Positions 1-11,472 of a stretch of DNA of 64,000 nucleotides are shown here, one piece after another. Numbering within the stretch: the first letter of the stretch is position 1; each line of letters begins with the position of its first letter. Origin of the DNA: Botryllus schlosseri (lineage: Eukaryota); the NCBI GenBank assembly GCA_051294905.1, contig CM119371.1:38194001-38258000 (forward strand), given 5' to 3'. Under the pieces are notes generated by a model, which saw only the letters and a program-made list of their open reading frames with translations, was not told the origin of the DNA and ran no database searches. The position numbers and the translations under genes are program-made.

Positions 1-575
1 AGCTAATGAAAAGCTAATTAAGCTAATGAAAAAGTAAGCTAATGAAAAGTAAGCTAATGAAAAGCTAATGAAGCTAATTAAGCTAATGAAAAGCTAATGA
101 AAAGCTAATTAAGCTAATGAAAAGCTAAGTAAGCTAATGAAAAGCTAATTGAAAGCTAATTAAGCTAATGAAAAAGTAAGCTAATGAAAAGTAAGCTAAT
201 GAAAAGCTAATGAAGCTAATTAAGCTAATGAAAAGCTAAGTAAGCTAATGAAAAGCTAATTAAGCTAATGAAAAAGTAGGCTAATGAAAAGTAAGCTAAT
301 GAAAAGCTAATGAAGCTAATTAAGCTAATGAAAAGCTAATTAAGCTAATGAAAAAGTAAGCTAATGAAAAGTAAGCTAATGAAAAGCTAATTAAGCTAAT
401 TAAGCTAATGAAAAGCTAATTACGCTAATGAAAAAGTAAGCTAATGAAAAGTAAGCTAATGAAAAGCTAATGAAGCTAATTAAAAGCAATTAAGGTAATG
501 AAAAGTAAGCTAATCAAAATCTAATGAAACAAGGTAATGAAAAACTAATGAAGCTAATGTAACAAGGAAGCTAAT
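1..575 (+). repeat. Left arm of foldback-type MULE: tandem array of short AAGCTAATGAA/AAGCTAATT/AAGT units; truncated by the window start
   Basis: Direct tandem repeats; the reverse-complement array lies at ~21180-21625. Confidence 0.9.
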
Positions 576-1455
576 TGAACACCACGCATCGAAAAACTTC
601 GCTGATTGCAATTGCTAAATGTGTGCGTTTGTTGATTGACGCTGAATTGGTATCTTTGAAATAATAATTATTAACCGACATCAATGCCAGCCTCGTTTAT
701 AAATAAACTATGCTGCGAGTACTATCTCGCGATATTATTGAAAATACTCGTGATATACTCATTTACGACTATGAAAATGTTGCTACTTTATCGTTCCCAA
801 TGACTATGAAAATTATTATATTTGGAACCACTACACATCGCCGATTTTAGGTTGAACATTGTGCCAATGAAAACGTAGCTTTCTCTTTACAAAATATATT
901 GACCCTACATTGCTTAACTAGACCAGTTATAGAACTTTTTCTCTCCTGCGAACTGTTTGCTCTGGTTAAACCTGTACTCTACCAAACGATAGCTGTCCCG
1001 ACAACCCATAGCCGCAGGCGCGTAACATCAGTGCCGATATCCAGTCTGGTTAAAAAGGTACGATAACGACAGAAAAGGAATCCGTCGTGAAAAAATCTGT
1101 CAACTCATTTAGCGGATCACCGGTTCGTTGAGGCAACCTCACATTCGGGAGAAACCGAAATACGCCATCTCATCCTTGCTGTTCATGTCATTGGGTGATA
1201 ATTTTCAGTTTTGAAACACGAGCAAGCGTAACACTGTATTGAAAAATATAGCAACATATAAAACGAAACTGAGCATTCACTTGCAGAAAATTACGACAAC
1301 GAAAGGAAATACGCCAAAATGGACAGGGATTTCAGTACTTGCAGACAGAAAATGTTGTACATGTTGTATATGTTCAATTGTTCATGCTGGCAGTATAGGC
1401 ACAATTGCTGCAAATGTACAGTGCATTTATGAACTTGATTTTCTTTAGTTACAGC

Positions 1456-2561
1456 TCAACGAACTTTTCTTTTGCATTTAGTTCCTCCTGGCTTGCTGCC
1501 ACTTCGTTTCGAAGGATTATGCGCCATCAATTGCCCATCAGTGGAGAGTGATAATGATTTAGGCAGCTTACAGGCTGTCGGGGCGGGAAAATTCATTAAC
1601 TGCTGAAATGAACGGTCTTGCTCGTCTTTTGGCATGTCGTCCCAATCCCAAGGAGATACCAAATACTTTTTACAATTCTCAGCAAGGGTAAAAGTACCAC
1701 GGCCTGTGATACTCTTTCGTACATCCAAGTATTGTGAAGTGATCGCTGATTTGAGTAGATTAATTAGATCTGGTAACTTTTTCTTTTTCCAATCTGTCAA
1801 TCGCTTGAGAACATGGTTCATGCTCTCGCAGTTGTTATTGGTGAACCATTTGTGCTCGGCGCCGATAAAGCTACGCATTTGCCAGACCTTTTTTCGCAAC
1901 AACGGTAGCAATCTATTTTGTAAGTATGTGACCAGCATTGGGCATATGCTATGGCACCTAGTGAGTAGGTCTTCTTCTCTTCGATTAAATTCAATTTCGT
2001 CCTTGCTATCCAACAGATTGAAGACTTGATTCACCAGACTTTTTCTCAAATGCTTGCTTGCACCGATGCCGTGCTGAAGTTTGTCGACCAAATTTGTCTT
2101 TAAATGATTGACACAGAGAACGTGCTTGCAGTTTTTGAACGAATTTTCTATTGCTGAGTGTAGTGCAATTTCGTCGTCTGTCCCCACGACAAGGTGATCG
2201 AAAGTACCTCCTATAACGGAGCTAAGATGACTGAAGAAGTCGTTAAATGTCCCTCTATCTGACCTATGGTGGAGATATATGGGACCAATGAAAATCGGAT
2301 TTTCCTGCGTTCTGGTGCTAATCATCTTCACGTTTTTGAAAACTGCTACAGTAGCGTACACATTGCCTAGGTTGTATGTCTTGTCAATTCCAAGTACAGT
2401 TTTTCCAGTACAACACATCTTTTTAAGATCTGTTATTTGATCATCGGTGTATACAATTATGCTGGATGCTTTTGCTGGAGAATGGATGACTCTTCTCACA
2501 AATTTTTCCGTGTGCATCATGTTTATGACATCCAAAAGTTCGTCTGCATAACAGTCTCGCG
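1456..2561 (-). pseudogene. C-terminal half of MULE transposase (DDE core), cut from its N-terminus by the Maverick insertion
   Basis: Motifs LGIDKTYN (D1), VGTDDEIAL (D2), HVLCVNH (CxxH), TNNNCESMN (E); frame is open up to the TSD and in phase with ORF 17493-19562. Confidence 0.9.
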
Positions 2562-3784
2562 AGTAGTTATATAGATCGGTCGTGACGGGCTATGGGGCTC
2601 TTATGGGCGGGGTGGCATGCTAACGAGAAACCGGGGGTGGCATGCTAACGTTTTCGTCTTATGGCGGGGGTGGCATGCTAACGTTTTCGTCTTATGGTGG
2701 GGGTGGCATGCTAACGTTTTCGTCTTATGGTGGGGGTGTCATGCTAACGTTTTCGTCTTATGGGTGCGGTCGCATGATAACGCGAAACTCGTGGTGACAT
2801 GCTAACGTTTTCGTCTTATGGGTGCAGTCGCATGATAACGCGAAACTCGTGGTGACATGCTAATGTTTTTGGTATACGTGCGGCGACATGCTAACGACGA
2901 TAAATGTGTCTGTCGTGTATTCTTACGGTATCTGTGGTGATTCACCATGTGTTCTTATGGGTGCGGTCGTGATTCGCACTTTCAGACATCTCTCGCGTGG
3001 TGTTGAATATGTACGAGTCACCAACAATAACCGCACAAACGGAAACGCGGTTTGTTGTGAGGATTAAGCAGTGCGACCTATATTTCGAATGACCTGCGTG
3101 CGGAATTGTTTCTCGTCCAGCCGCTACTATCGATGATTACACTATAGACCGGTCAGTGTGAAATAATTTGATCGTAAATTATAATATATGATGTAGTTTA
3201 GTCGTGTCAAATGACCGATCGTGTTCCTCGCTATTGATTGCCACCTGAATAATACTTTCGACTTATTCGCTGTTTCGCACCTATAGAATAGTCTGCTGTT
3301 CACAGTCGCAACAAGAATCACAAGTATACACATTTACACATTCGTTTATTACTCTGAAATCAAACTCTTCACAAAAGCACGTACAATCGTATCATTCACT
3401 TTTTTATCATCACCAAAATTATCCAAGTATTCCTCGGTTGAAAACCCTTGAGCTCTTTTTATCAAGAATGCGATAGCATGATCTCCACACACATCCGAAG
3501 TTTTACTCTGTAGCTGTTTCCCAGTCACAGAAAATTCATCCGACTCCAGGAATTGGAATATCCGAGGTTTTAGTGGTCCGAAACCTAGCGAATCATGAAA
3601 ATGAGTATCGTCATCTCTGTATATACACACCCAGTGAGACCCAGGCAAACTCGACTCGTCGTAATTAATGATGATAGCGAATTTTCCGCTAGTTGGTTTC
3701 TTTGGTAACTGGTCTACTGGATAAGTTCCTAGATATAGACTTCGTGTGTCAGGATGGTTATAGAGAATATCATTAATCTCAGAC
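2562..3784 (+). repeat. Left terminal inverted repeat of the Maverick (1223 bp)
   Basis: Reverse complement of 16275-17497; mirrored ORF coordinates all sum to 20059, so no indels; one mismatch noticed at 3775/16284. Confidence 0.95.
2608..2900 (+). repeat. Subterminal tandem repeats in the TIR (~30-bp GGGGTGGCATGCTAACGTTTTCGTCTTATG units and two ~59-bp units); mirrored at ~17160-17450
   Basis: Visible tandem units. Confidence 0.85.
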
Positions 3785-3900
3785 AGAGCCGGCGTAGACG
3801 GTGATTCCAATACCAACAACATGCTAACACTCCAAATAGGTGTGAAATAGTTTGCAAAGCCCCGCAATCGCTGACAACATAATGTCTCGGTCATAGCCAT
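3349..3900 (-). CDS. Second (TIR-borne) copy of the adenain-like cysteine protease with a foreign N-terminal extension
   Basis: Peptide identical to 16267-16710 from SEINDIL onward; GSHW, FHDS, QLQ and VCG motifs present; expression unknown. Confidence 0.7.
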   Translation of the reverse strand: MAMTETLCCQRLRGFANYFTPIWSVSMLLVLESPSTPALSEINDILYNHPDTRSLYLGTYPVDQLPKKPTSGKFAIIINYDESSLPGSHWVCIYRDDDTHFHDSLGFGPLKPRIFQFLESDEFSVTGKQLQSKTSDVCGDHAIAFLIKRAQGFSTEEYLDNFGDDKKVNDTIVRAFVKSLISE

Positions 3901-6900
3901 CTTTTGCGACTTGGCGCTACAGACATCGATCGCTCAAGCGTTGAAATTTTCGTAAGTAGTTTGTCACAGAACCGGATTTCACTGGTAAAATTTAATAAGT
4001 AACGAATAACAGAACCGTTGCAGCGGGTGATTGGAATACCGACAAATTATCACTTATTTCTGATCCAACCCTAATCCTTTGGGAAGTTGACGCTTATTCA
4101 AAAAGGTGTGAAATAATTGTAAAACCCTACGCCACTGACATGACAATGCATCAGACATAGCGATCTAGTTATAGCACGGGTCGGAATCCATTCGCGAGAT
4201 GTTCTATAGGTAAATTGAGATAATCCGAGACCGAATATTTTGACTTTGGCGTAGTGTGAATTGAAATAGGATTGACAAACATGACTACCATCTTTCCAAG
4301 TACCATTTCGATATTATACACACATTGATTTGAAACAAGTAATGGAACATTACAACTCTATTCACGATCCGACTTTCGGTTTGTCAAAGAGACATTTTAA
4401 CATCTTACCATACTCAAAAGAATTATTCATAATATTAACCGATGTTAAAAATATAGTTTTCACTTACTTGATTATATTACTACAACTTGTAAACTTTATT
4501 AATTCATCCTGGTGAACACGAATAGTGTTGCTTGCTTGTAATATTCACATATTGATCTGAATAATAACAACTCATGAGAACCTACAACTTTATTAACGAA
4601 CTAGTTATTTTTTACGAAACTGGAAATGCAAACTCTATTCGTCTCGACATCTCAACATCTTACAACACTCGAAAGAGTCAATTATGAAAACACTGCCAAG
4701 TAAATCCGTTGTACTGTAAAAGCGATTGATAGTTTTCACGACGCGACAACTACAAATCAATGCTTGCGACTTGCGACTAACATTGAGTGTACGAGATTTG
4801 AATATACGAAAAATAACCGAGAATTAATTTTTCGCAGATGAATCCGTATACTTTAATGTAAGCTATCATAAGACAAGTAAGTCCTTTACGATGACATTGA
4901 TTCACAATCCGATATTCTCATTATACACATTTTGAAATCCCATCATACCCATTTTCGAAATCAACTCTTAACGAAAATACGAATAGTCGTGGCAACTCGA
5001 TTATAATCAAAGTAATTCATGATTATACAGATTGTATTACACCCAACACCAAAACAAAAGGACTTTTTAGTTGATTAAATTCATATCATTCGTCTTCAAC
5101 TTGTGTCTTTTCTAGATTGCACGGACCAATTCGTTACGAGCGAGTTGCAACCAAAGTTAAGAAATCTTTGTGAAATCTTTGGATGAATATAGCTAACACA
5201 ATCACTTATCGCTGTTTCAAGTATTTCACAGGTGTGTCGCCTATCTAAAAGTATGCATGCGTTCGATTCCCGTACCGACTGTCGCGGTATTTATGAATTA
5301 AGGTAAAGATGAAGCACCAGTGTCGTTGCTGTCGGAATTCGTGACGGCGAATTGAAACATACACGCATTACACAGTGTGAAAATATCACTTTGGATATCG
5401 AAGGGTGATTAATACTTAATCCGTCCACACTCTCTATAGAACGCGCTAAATGTAAAATATCGTGAGGTTACACTCTAACACTTTGATCATTACAAAAGCA
5501 AATTGGTATATGTTTGCTAGAAGCATCCTGTTCAACTAGAAGTGTCTAGTACACAACACTCGTAATATCAAAGAAATACTTGCTACACTGTAATTCACTT
5601 AACGTGTTTTGCATTGTTGTTCATTTGTAGTATTGATTGTTTTTGAACCCCCAAATAATAATTCCCGACATGAAACCAAACCGCTGAAAGTCGTTACCAT
5701 CACAACGAAACAATTTGTACGATGTTTGTCAAATGCATCCTATAGTTAGGTGTACTAGAATTATTTGTGTAACACATACGCCGACAATGCAATCGAAAAT
5801 TTTTCCGTTGTCATTCGCTAAAGTAAATGTCATCACAATACTCATCAAGCTGTCATCTGTAAATCAAGATTACATCCAACTTGTAACTGTATCGTTTAAC
5901 TACCGGGTTGCATCAGTTTGCTATTTTTGTCATTTAGTGACTGCTAAACATACCAAACGATACACATTCACTTACGAAATACTGTGTTGGTCGTAATTTC
6001 CATCATCGTGATAATCGAAGTACATTTGTTTCGAATTCGTAACAGCCGACTATGACACGACGATCTTTGGAAAAGTTATGCTTGGAAGATTGGTTGTATA
6101 TCACGAAAAATAATTACCACTCATATTGATACTGTTATCCCTTGTTCGGTATTTTCAAACGAGTAAAATTTATTACTTGAGTTACTCCGCTTACTATATT
6201 CAAATGTAAACACAGCTGTCTTTCAACATCACAAAGACATCGATATAAAGTATACAATCAAACGCAACAAGTTTTACTTTTGTAGGACACTAATTATTAT
6301 TCCACGCATCTCATTTCATACTAAGTGTATATGAAAGATGTTCATGGTACACGAATATATTCGCTCATGCTACGAACATACGCAATGATTGGTGACGCTT
6401 TCACACTATTTCGATTTACTGTAACAAAAACAACAACAACAATTTTCACTCTCTTGACTTACGAAAACAACAGACGAACCTTCATTCAATATTTTGTTTT
6501 TGTCAACAAGTTACTTTTTCATGAGACCCCCACTACTCTTACAAAAGTACGAAAGATATTTACATCACACAAAGTAATCAACTTTACTCGATATTCTCAC
6601 ATTACGAAACTAAAGAATGGTTGGTTTGACTCTACAAACTGTTTCGTTACCTCAAGACCTTTATTGTCTGAATGGTTGTTCATGTGTCTTAAGAACCGAA
6701 TAGTTCAACACAGCACTAGTACCAACAGAAACATCAGAGTTGTTTGCACAAAAGTTTGTATGTGTACAGTATGCGAATACCATGTGTAAGTCCAGCACAA
6801 TTGCGGTATCCATCCGAGTTTAGTTAACACAAATTTATTACAACGGAGCCACGTAAACTTTCGTGAAAGAAAAGCATACTCACTTCCAGAGGGTTATTTC

Positions 6901-7639
6901 AACGCCATAGCAGTACTCCAACAACAAAGTACATATGTTTTCTAGTCACCGTCCTTACATATTTCACATAGATCAATCTACTTTGCTAACGAAAAGTGCT
7001 GAGTCACCACATGATTACCCTCACAACAAAACAGCTAGAAGATATTATCATACAAAAATATTTCTAACCCTTTGCGCACCAGTGACAAATCATACAACAA
7101 ACATTTTTTGTGAGGTGAATTGCTGTTCAGTGCCAAGTCTACCTGTTGAAACGTACATTAAAACAACACAGTCACAATTCAATTAAAACCACGAATCTAT
7201 TTTCATTTCGTTGCCTACAGAAAAATAAATTTTAATTTCCCAAAACATACTTGTAGTCAAGAAAAATTTTTATTAATCAAAATCATCGACTTCTGTTTAC
7301 GGTGTTAGTGTGCGCATGTCATACACGTGGGGACCGTATTAAAATGGACACGACACGACTGAATGTAAGGAGATAGAAGTCTATCGCATAGATTTACATG
7401 TGGTCTTCGCTATGGTTTCAAAAAACGAATCATCTCTTTTGCGTTGATCTAGACCGAGCAAGTTAGTTAATGGCCATGATTGTGTTTGTCATATGCGAAT
7501 GATAGGGTTACTGTCAAATCTACATACAACAACCTTCTGGTACTCAAAATAACAATTTCATTCTCTCCCTTCGTAGTCATATACCGCCAACTCGGCTTTT
7601 TTGTTCATCGACAGCGGCGTTTAACAAGACCAACTACAC

Positions 7640-8100
7640 TGAACCCACGACGTTTACCTATGTAAAATTACCACTTTCACTTGACAGTCCGTCGTTTACC
7701 TGGCTAAACATATCATTTTCCTTTGGAGATCTGATGTTTACCAAGAGTAAGAAACCTTTTTCACTTGGAAATCTATTTTTTCCCTGGGTAACAAACCTTT
7801 TTCACTTGGAAATATATTTTTTCTCTGGTTAACAAACCTTTTTTCACTTGGAAATATATTTTTTCTCTGGTTAACAAACCTTTTTCACTTGGAAATATAT
7901 TTTTTCTCTGGACAACAAACCTTTTCCCCCGGGTAACAAACCTTTTTCCCTGAGCAACAAGCCATTTTCACTTGGTGGTCCGTCGTTTACCTGAGTAAAA
8001 ATATCATTTTCCTTTGGGGATCTGGCGTTTACCCAGTGTAACAATACATTTTCTCTTGGTCATCTAGCTTTTCCTAGAGTAACAAAACCATTTTCATTTT
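7640..8100 (+). repeat. Internal tandem array of ~39-41-bp units (TTTCACTTGGAAATATATTTTTTCTCTGGTTAACAAACC-like)
   Basis: Near-identical units at ~7755-7925, more degenerate units on both sides. Confidence 0.8.
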
Positions 8101-8799
8101 GAAATCTGACAAACACGCCTGACAATTTGGTATTTGTTGTATTGACGATAGTTTGAAATAGATTACAACGAACAGTGACGGAAATATACACAGACTACCG
8201 GTTTCAGAGTATACCTGCATCAGTCGTATCACATCAATATCATCGGTTAACCACATACAATATGCTCTTGTACACCGAAATACATGTTTTGGAAAATTGG
8301 ACAATAGGCTTCGATAGTTCTGTGATGTCCGGGTTCGTGCTTTGGATTTTCCAGAGTCAAAATGTCTGAATAAAACACCTCCTTGACGATGGTTGGTATG
8401 TGGATAACGGTGTTCGGAAAACGGTTGGATTTATGTAACCCATCGCGATAACAACTCCAGGTCGAGTTTTCCTCCCGCACGTTTACTATATTGTGTCTTT
8501 ATTGGTCACTGTATGTCTCGACATTCAGTTTGAAATCGGAAACCCTGATAAAGTACGTAACCGGATCCGGATATCAACTGTGAATCGATAAACCAATGAA
8601 CAATATTCAAAGTAAACATGTTACACCCTGTGTTTCCACGACAAAATACCATCCAGACATACATCGCGCTTGTTTGCCCACACCAGTATACGCGCAAATG
8701 GAGGTGTGTGACATTGCATGCAATGTGTTGGTATACAAACATCGATCCACAGACATTATCATAACCGGTAATTTTGATGTAGATCGAATGTCACTCGAG

Positions 8800-9464
8800 A
8801 CAACTTTGCGAAAAATGTCTCAGACTGTCGACGCGCTGGGGATCGCGAGCCTAACATGGATATAATTGAGCTAACGCAAAAACTCGCTGCGAATTCTTGT
8901 TATGATTGCGAGTTAATGAATCCGCGTAAACTCAAACAAACCACGTTCTGTGATAAAAGTGAATTGGACGCAAATGTGGAGGATCGCTTTTTCATCAAGT
9001 GTGAACAATTAAACACAGATCTATTTGAAATAACGAAGCATCCTCAAAAGATCGAGCAAGATAACTGCATTCAAGTATCGTTCTGGTTGTATAATAATGT
9101 CAAATTACGGATGTTGTCGTTTTTTTATGATTGTTTATGCAAATATTTTCGAGCCGACTGCTTCATGCTACTTTCGATGGATATCAACTCGTTTTTCATC
9201 GCGCATTCAGCACCGCTCGATGATATTCTCATTTCCGAGAAAAGGAACGAATTTTACTGTGATTACGAGAATTGGTTTCCGCGTTATTTTTGTGATGAGC
9301 ATCGAAACGAATTCTTGACTGATCCGATTTCTTTTGACCGCTCGAGACAATGCTGTAAAGATGCGTATGCTCATTATCTTCATCAACCTGGTTTGATGGA
9401 AGTGAGATACGACGCCGATGCATCTTTCCACGCTCTCAATCGCTTTCACAGTGACCCAAGATAA
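8800..9464 (+). pseudogene. Truncated, degenerate protein-primed DNA polymerase B fragment
   Basis: In-frame FAKNVSDCRRAGD...KLAANSCYD (motif B KxxxNSxYG altered), KLRMLSFFYD, MDINS (motif C DTDS altered), PGLM; in-frame stop at 8775; no exonuclease or motif A region recognised. Confidence 0.85.
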
Positions 9465-10090
9465 AATAAATCACGGCGTTGAATGTTATTGTGGTGTACT
9501 TGTATATATTTTGTGTGACTTTAATTTATTTGTATATACTGTATGTTTGATGTGATTTATTTGTATTGTGTGTTCATGTATCATTTGTTTTCCAGATGGA
9601 TAACACTATTACCTATCTAAAGTCTGTCATGTCGTTAGATTTTAATGGTTTACATGTAGAGATGATTACCTTGGAGCGGGAATTACCACAGTTCACGATT
9701 CTTGGTTCTACCAAACAACCCCCAATGTCGATGATACCCGATTGATGAAAAGCAGACCACCAAAACTTGTGATCGTGGTAAGGTCTATAGTTTGGTATAG
9801 TAACACTGTTAGATTTTAAAGCGCTATGAACGTATTATGAATCCTCTTATGTGATTTATTATTTTACAGATTGGGATCAGCTGCTTGACGACCTGAAGCA
9901 TTCGTAACGCTACAACTTCCACTGACGATGAGAAACAGATGAAGATTTCATAACCCGGCGAAAATTGCTAAATCGAACTTTACTGGGTTTATATATTCCG
10001 CTAGAACAAGATGACTACAACAGTGGATATTCCCAACCTTGTTGATATATAAACACATGCACTTTATCGAGTTTCAATAAACAACAAACG

Positions 10091-10699
10091 ATGGAATTGA
10101 TCCACCCATTCGCGTGTATTGTGAGTGGTCCTTCAAGAAGTGGGAAGACTACTTTCGTTGCCAAGCTGATTAGACATGCGACATCAATGATTAAACCTAG
10201 TGTGTCCAGGGTCGTATATTGTTACAATAATTATCAGGAGGTTTTCAAGACGATGCATAACGTAGAATTCCACGCTGGTCTAGATATTTTAGAAGAGTTG
10301 AAGGTTTGCTCTGAAGACACCTTGATTATAGTGGATGATTTCATGACTGAGACAGCGAAAATTGCAGACTACTTTACAAGATTTTCTCATCATTCGGCAA
10401 AGTCAATTTGCTATATCACACAGAACCTGTATCACAAGGGTAAAGGAGCACGTGACTTGAGTCTTTCAAGCTCGTATATGGTGATTTTCAAGAATCCGCG
10501 CGACCAACAGCAGATCAGTTTTCTTGGTCGACAAATGTACCCAAACTCTAGATTTTTAACAGAGGCTTATCGTGACGCTGCTAGACGACCTCATAGTTAT
10601 TTATTCCTCGATCTCACGCAAGAAGCACCTGAAAATCGACGCGTTATGACCAATATATTCCCTGGTGAAACCATGGTGGTTTATAGCCCGATGGTATAA
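10091..10699 (+). CDS. Maverick packaging ATPase (A32/FtsK-HerA-like)
   Basis: Walker A GPSRSGKT, Walker B IIVDD, ITQN, FKNPRD, PHSYLFLDL. Confidence 0.95.
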   Translation: MELIHPFACIVSGPSRSGKTTFVAKLIRHATSMIKPSVSRVVYCYNNYQEVFKTMHNVEFHAGLDILEELKVCSEDTLIIVDDFMTETAKIADYFTRFSHHSAKSICYITQNLYHKGKGARDLSLSSSYMVIFKNPRDQQQISFLGRQMYPNSRFLTEAYRDAARRPHSYLFLDLTQEAPENRRVMTNIFPGETMVVYSPMV

Positions 10700-10703
10700 A
10701 TAG
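10694..10703 (+). promoter_or_regulatory. TATA-like box GTATAAATAG overlapping the ATPase stop, 30 nt before the next ATG
   Basis: Identical decamer overlaps the integrase stop at 12469-12478. Confidence 0.5.
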
Positions 10704-10732
10704 CCAAGCACAGAGACGACTTTAAACTCAAA

Positions 10733-11080
10733 ATGACCAAGGTACCAGCTCGGACACGGCGGCATATTCCCACACTAGAGTTCCTACATAAAAGTAAACC
10801 CGAGATACGCAAGCAAATTATATCGGGGGCCAGCAAAGAATTGATCGAGTGTATATGCGATTGTACAAAGAACATTTTAAACGGTAACATCCCTCTTTCA
10901 AAGTATAAAAGAAAGCGACTATCAGCTCATAAATGTAGTTTACGTCGACTTGTCAGGAAAGACATCCCTATTCGACATAAAAAACGTATGGTCAACCAGA
11001 ATGGGGGTATGTTTATGACTCTATTATCAAGCATCCTACCCGTCGTCACTGGTTTACTCGGTAATCTTTTCAAAAAATGA
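10733..11080 (+). CDS. PZ-like protein, N-terminal part (basic, ending in QxGG plus a hydrophobic/amphipathic helix)
   Basis: ICDCTKNILNGNIPLS...NQNGGMFMTLLSSILPVV pattern; position between ATPase and integrase. Confidence 0.8.
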   Translation: MTKVPARTRRHIPTLEFLHKSKPEIRKQIISGASKELIECICDCTKNILNGNIPLSKYKRKRLSAHKCSLRRLVRKDIPIRHKKRMVNQNGGMFMTLLSSILPVVTGLLGNLFKK

Positions 11081-11472
11081 CTTCTTTTAAAAAAATCTTC
11101 ATAAATCCGAGCCCGATCAACGGAGCTGACGTTCAGAAATTGAATTTGGATATCGACAAATGTATGAGCGACATATTACAGATGAACATACCCCAAGAAC
11201 GAAAATTAGCCTTATATAACGACGCACTAAATCGTTATCAAACAAAACACGACACACTGAATCAACCGATGAAAATCGATATATCAGAACAAAGGAATCT
11301 ATTTTCGGCTAGTGAGTTGGACGCACTGCGACGCCTGATCAAGGGTGAACCATCAAGGATTCCTATACCATCACCGAGTAGCCAACGAAGCAAAGTAAAG
11401 ACTCAGCATGCCAAGACGAAAAGCGGTCGTACACCCAAGACCCCGAGACGATACGGATGGGAGCCATACTAA
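11077..11472 (+). CDS. PZ-like protein, second part
   Basis: LDIDKCMSDIL...ERKLALYNDALNRY pattern; ATGA overlap with the upstream ORF. Confidence 0.7.
   Translation: MTSFKKIFINPSPINGADVQKLNLDIDKCMSDILQMNIPQERKLALYNDALNRYQTKHDTLNQPMKIDISEQRNLFSASELDALRRLIKGEPSRIPIPSPSSQRSKVKTQHAKTKSGRTPKTPRRYGWEPY

Noticed and set aside
1..575. Telomere or centromeric satellite
   Set aside because: A mirrored inverted array at ~21.2-21.6 kb brackets a transposase, so transposon arms explain it better
2608..2900. Regularly spaced ~30-bp repeats resembling a CRISPR array; also ORFs 2617-2805 and 17254-17442
   Set aside because: No unique spacers, no cas genes, eukaryotic context; these are TIR subterminal repeats and the ORFs are repeat translations
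3142..3333. 63-aa ORF duplicated in both TIRs (also 16726-16917)
   Set aside because: No recognisable motif; identity is explained by the TIR itself
6325..7186. ORFs 6325-6789 and 6935-7186 as Maverick genes
   Set aside because: No recognisable motifs; cannot be supported without a search
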